Shown in pieces: positions 31,174-32,000 of a stretch of 32,000 bases of DNA. This stretch comes from Candidatus Saccharimonadota bacterium (GTDB taxonomy: Archaea > Nanohalarchaeota > Nanosalinia > Nanosalinales > Nanosalinaceae), in NCBI GenBank assembly GCA_001761425.1, contig CP012986.1:1050001-1082000 (forward strand), read 5' to 3'. Below the pieces are notes generated by a model. It searched no databases. It saw nothing but the letters and a program-made list of their open reading frames with translations, and was not told the origin of the DNA. Every line of letters starts with the position of its first letter. Position 1 is the first letter of the stretch. A program made the translations under genes and the position numbers.

Positions 31174-32000
31174 TTACACAAAGTCGGGGACAGCTGAGGA
31201 ATCAGAACCGTTTTCAAACACTTCTAAATACACTTCAGGACCTGAAACCTTTTCCCCGGCCATAAGAGAAGCAGCAACTAGATCATAACCTCTGCTCTCG
31301 TCTGAATCTACGTTCTCTACAGCTTCAGAGGCCTTCTGATCGGAAAGACCTATCTCACGCATATCCTGCTCTGAAACGCCCGAAGTCTCTGAAAGAGCCT
31401 GCGCATAACCGTTTACAACGGTACTCGCCGCCCTCATATCATGAAGCTCTTCCCAGTCAAGGCCTCTGAAATCCTGTTCGGCGAAATTCTCCAGAGCACT
31501 GATCTTCGAAGCCCTTTCAAGGCCTTCTGTCATCGGAGGGACATTCTTTACTCTCTGGTTCGTCCAGGTCGGAGATTCAGACTCATGCTGGTACCTGTGG
31601 AATAGCTCAGACGCAAGAGTATCATAGGCCTGTCTCTCGGGAAGTCTATCCTTGCTGACACCTATCTTTCTAGAATAAGGATTGTAACCGGCTTCTGCGT
31701 TCGAGGCCGTCGCCTTCGAGTTAAAATATTCACAGGCCAGGGCGCTGGCAGCGAGAGCTTCACCAGCAACCGAAGGTTCGAAAGCAGCGACGACCGAAGG
31801 AGCTATCAGGCCTGAACCAAAAATCTTTACAGCCTGTCTATCAGCTCTGGGAGTAAGGACTTCACGTATCGACATATCGTAGAGAATGTCATCCTTAAAC
31901 TCCTCACGTACGTCTCCAGTATCCTGATCCAGGAGATCATCGTAAAAATCCATTAAGAAATCAGCTGCCTCATAGATATCATCTTTCGAAGCCTCAACCC
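31174..32000 (-). CDS. acidic hypothetical protein; may extend beyond the window
   Basis: The ORF track starts at the ATG at 31953, but the same frame stays open to nt 32000 (..VEASKDDIYEAADFL-MDFYDD..). No family recognised. Confidence 0.5.
   Translation of the reverse strand, partial: VEASKDDIYEAADFLMDFYDDLLDQDTGDVREEFKDDILYDMSIREVLTPRADRQAVKIFGSGLIAPSVVAAFEPSVAGEALAASALACEYFNSKATASNAEAGYNPYSRKIGVSKDRLPERQAYDTLASELFHRYQHESESPTWTNQRVKNVPPMTEGLERASKISALENFAEQDFRGLDWEELHDMRAASTVVNGYAQALSETSGVSEQDMREIGLSDQKASEAVENVDSDESRGYDLVAASLMAGEKVSGPEVYLEVFENGSDSSAVPDFV

Noticed and set aside
1-32000. Search for CRISPR arrays, IS/transposase genes, integrases, rRNA genes, toxin-antitoxin pairs or recognisable defence systems.
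   Set aside because: No direct-repeat/spacer architecture, terminal inverted repeats, transposase or integrase motifs, or nuclease/NTPase defence signatures were seen on either strand. The only RNA gene found is tRNA-Arg.

Overview
The window looks archaeal. It carries Alba, aIF-1A, aEF-1beta with its partner Zn-ribbon, FEN-1, an NMD3-like protein and an archaeal-type tRNA-Arg. Proteins are strongly acidic and there are Tat/lipobox signals, so the source is probably a halophile. Gene packing is very tight, which suggests a small-genome lineage such as a Nanohaloarchaeota/DPANN-like organism (inference only).

The dominant feature is a ~15 kb plus-strand operon (3663-17999). It encodes a FlaI/PilB-family secretion ATPase, a FlaJ/TadC-like polytopic platform protein, and about a dozen proteins whose N-termini look like class III (type IV prepilin-like) signal peptides. 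Two of these are large paralogous proteins of 835 and 583 aa. Two further Cys-rich pilin-like genes sit just downstream at 18424-19043. No archaellin, FlaF/G/H or prepilin peptidase is visible, so I read this as a type IV pilus-like surface or adhesion machine with an unusually large set of pilin-like subunits.

The second striking signal is at the DNA level. The palindrome AGGCCT occurs about 118 times by my manual scan, roughly one per 270 bp. It appears in all three codon phases, on genes of both strands and in intergenic spacers. That is more than an order of magnitude above a composition-based expectation.

Other content:
- a partial ATP-grasp ligase and a cluster of small membrane proteins
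- a Q/N-rich coiled-coil protein
- two hyper-acidic long coiled-coil proteins
- gpmI
- a sulfatase with a TTG start, coupled to an 8-Cys micro-protein
- DUF192 and several secreted or membrane proteins of unknown function

Transcription and translation signals follow a consistent pattern. Operon-first genes have a TATA-like 8-mer 21-24 nt upstream of the start codon, implying leaderless mRNAs. Operon-internal genes have GGAGGTGA-type Shine-Dalgarno (SD) sites or overlapping stop/start codons. I found no CRISPR array, IS element or rRNA.
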